Shown piece after piece: positions 1 to 64,000 of a stretch of DNA of 64,000 nucleotides. The position numbers and the translations under genes were made by a program. Source of the stretch: Lingula anatina (lineage: Eukaryota > Animalia > Brachiopoda); assembly GCA_051362555.1 (NCBI GenBank), contig CM120642.1, forward strand, positions 31,496,001 through 31,560,000, in the 5' to 3' direction. Every line of letters starts with the position of its first letter. The first letter of the stretch is position 1. The notes under the pieces were generated by a model, which had not been told where the DNA came from, did not search any database, and was given only the letters and a program-made list of their open reading frames with translations.

Positions 1-49
1 TTTGAGTGTATTGTTATTGCTATCTCAACAACTTTCTGATTTGTTGCAG

Positions 50-62048
<61,999 letters not shown>

Positions 62049-62894
62049 TTGGGGACTATGCTGTCAGAGGGTTGTTCTAAAATGATTGAAAAACTTGACA
62101 AATAAGCCTTGTTGTATTTGGTGGAAATGTTGAAATATAAGGGATAAACTCGGATAGAAATAGAGCGCAGACAATATGTGCAGAGTATTGGACTGGTTTG
62201 AAGTACAACATAATATTAAACTCTTCATGTGGCATGTTTAAAACTTGGTTAACCATCAACAAAGGTTTAAAAAAACAGACAATATTTCAATATGTTATTT
62301 TGTGCACATTTTGTGTATCCGTGAAGCATGGCTTGCGTTTTTTATTCATTTATTTATTTATTTTTTTTTTTGTCTAAAAACTTATGATGATACTATATAC
62401 AAAAAGTAGCATATATTTGTTGTATTGGGCTAGTTGTGGAATTGCTTAGATATATCATTGTCGTTGTTTGGATTTAAAAGGACACATTTGGTCATCGTAA
62501 ATTCGAGTAATTGAACAAATGTAATAATATTCAAATATCAACTTTGCCTACCACTAACGGAGTATTTAGATTACTTAAAAATTGGTTCTACAGAATTTCC
62601 ACGAGGAAGGAAATCAGACGGTTTTAATGCCAGAGCTAGTTACACGCTGTGGTGGGCGTTGTGTGCTTGTGCGTCTCATTGCTCACCTTGAATAGTTTGA
62701 AAAGAGGACATTTCGTGAAATTTGTATGCGTATTTAAATATTGAAATATCTTAAAACATGTTTATGTCAACATCTTAACCGCCTAGCTAGAAAAGACTGG
62801 GAAGTTGAAGCCGGCAGCAGTTTGAATACTGTTATTTGGAACGACGATAATTTTAGAAGTGCATCAAATGTCATCTTAGTAATGGTCAGAGGGG

Positions 62895-62932
62895 AATAAA
62901 AATTGTGTCCAATTTTCTTGTTTGTTTTTATT
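62895..62932. terminator. Opposed polyadenylation signals (UBR4 on +, putative snoRNA host on -)
   Basis: + AATAAA 62895-62900 followed by a U-rich tract; it is the first canonical + signal I saw after the UBR4 stop. - AATAAA at 62932-62927. Confidence 0.45.
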
Positions 62933-63094
62933 TCTGAAGTTGGAAGGGCGGGAAAGGGGTAACTCTTCAGGTACAAGGCTATAATACTTGCCATTCATTT
63001 ATGGATATTCTAACACAGAAAATGAAACCAGAAGCTTGCAGGGAATATCAGAAGATTTTATGCAGCTCGTCTCGATAGTTGACAGTCGCACCTT

Positions 63095-63171
63095 TTTTCA
63101 GGACAGGAGTGGGACTTTCTCAGAAGAAGAGACAGTTCAGTACATGTCTGTGACGGAAATCATCACGAGTT
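63095..63171 (-). ncRNA. Box C/D snoRNA candidate, SNORD25(U25)/snR56-like, copy 1
   Basis: - strand: C box GTGATGA (63166-63160), guide TCACAGACATGTA plus D' CTGA (63140-63137), C'-like CTGAGA, D box CTGA (63101-63098). 69 nt from C to D. Flanking TTGACA/TGTCAA stem; acceptor-like TTTCATTTTCTGTGTTAG 88 nt downstream. Confidence 0.65.
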
Positions 63172-63897
63172 CTTAATTGGTGTCAAATGGGATCCTTGCC
63201 TCAAACGCTCTCTTGATTGTTACCAAATGCCCCTCTTTTCTCAAAACCCTTGATGACCAGCAACAGCTTGAATTTGAAAATGGGAAAATTAATTACCGTC
63301 GCAACTCGGTCTATAATTAAAACTGTGTTAATTTGAAATGCGTGATGGTTGCCTACGTTTTATGTACGTGAACGGCCATGTGCACGTGGTGATGCCGTAC
63401 GTCGATCCGGTTTACTCCGTGCTAGAGGCCAGCTGAGTGATGGCATAAATTCCGTACAAAAATTCTAGCTTAAAATGCACAGTAGAAAAGGGTGTAATGA
63501 ATTAGACGGTGATACATCGGTGAAAATCGAGTGAAAAAAATCCATCTATGGCCCTGGTAGAACTGACCACAGCCTTGGACTTGTTAGTTTGAGGCCAGGT
63601 GGGACAGGAATTCGAAGTACAGGCTCCCATAAGATTAGTACACGTTAGGGTTAGTTGGAGTATTGGGGTTAGTATATGGGACGAATGTCACCTGTACAAA
63701 GTAATGAGAAGCGAACTACGGTTCCTAGCGGAGTTGTACTCGTGTTACACCGGGAAATAAAGCTTCGGGTACAATACTATTGCATAATCACCACCATACA
63801 TTACCGATGTTCATTTACAGAAAAATAGACGAGCAGCATGCAGAGAATATCAGACAATTTTTATAAAACTTCTCTCGATATTTGACAGTCGCACCTT

Positions 63898-63975
63898 TTT
63901 TCAGGACAAGGTGTGGGCCTTTCTCAGAAGAAGAGACAGTTCAGTACATGTCTGTGACGGAAATCATCACGAGTT
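63898..63975 (-). ncRNA. Box C/D snoRNA candidate, SNORD25(U25)/snR56-like, copy 2
   Basis: Same boxes (C 63970-63964, D' 63944-63941, D 63904-63901). C-to-C' part identical to copy 1. 9-bp external stem TATTTGACA (63879-63887) / TGTCAAATA (63985-63993). Confidence 0.65.
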
Positions 63976-64000
63976 CTTAATTAGTGTCAAATAGGACCCT

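Noticed and set aside
62610-62685. - strand ATGAGA...CTGA as a third C/D snoRNA
   Set aside because: Degenerate C box, no terminal stem and no guide I recognise.
63548-63630. tRNA- or SINE-like segment
   Set aside because: Only vague A/B-box resemblance and no cloverleaf.

Overview
AT-rich animal (invertebrate-like) genomic DNA. Almost the whole window is the 3' ~3/4 of one giant + strand gene, the E3/E4 ubiquitin ligase UBR4 (p600). I traced about 93 GT-AG exons by hand from 50 to the stop at 62048, including the UBR box and the C-terminal hemiRING. A 9.2-kb UBR4 intron (31885-41087) holds two tandem, antisense, six-exon genes for secreted short-chain-collagen-C4-like proteins. Other introns carry non-autonomous DNA transposons with visible TIRs and 3-, 4-, 5-, 6- and 7-bp TSDs, including a 3.9-kb P-like element. 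Two things stand out. First, short tandem duplications repeatedly sit on splice sites; one copied a whole intron and created an in-frame 21-nt micro-exon. Second, downstream of UBR4 on the - strand are two U25/snR56-like box C/D snoRNA candidates whose guide is altered at the methylation-specifying +5 position. Most ORF-track entries are exon fragments or antisense noise. Family assignments rely on recalled sequences and motifs, not on searches.
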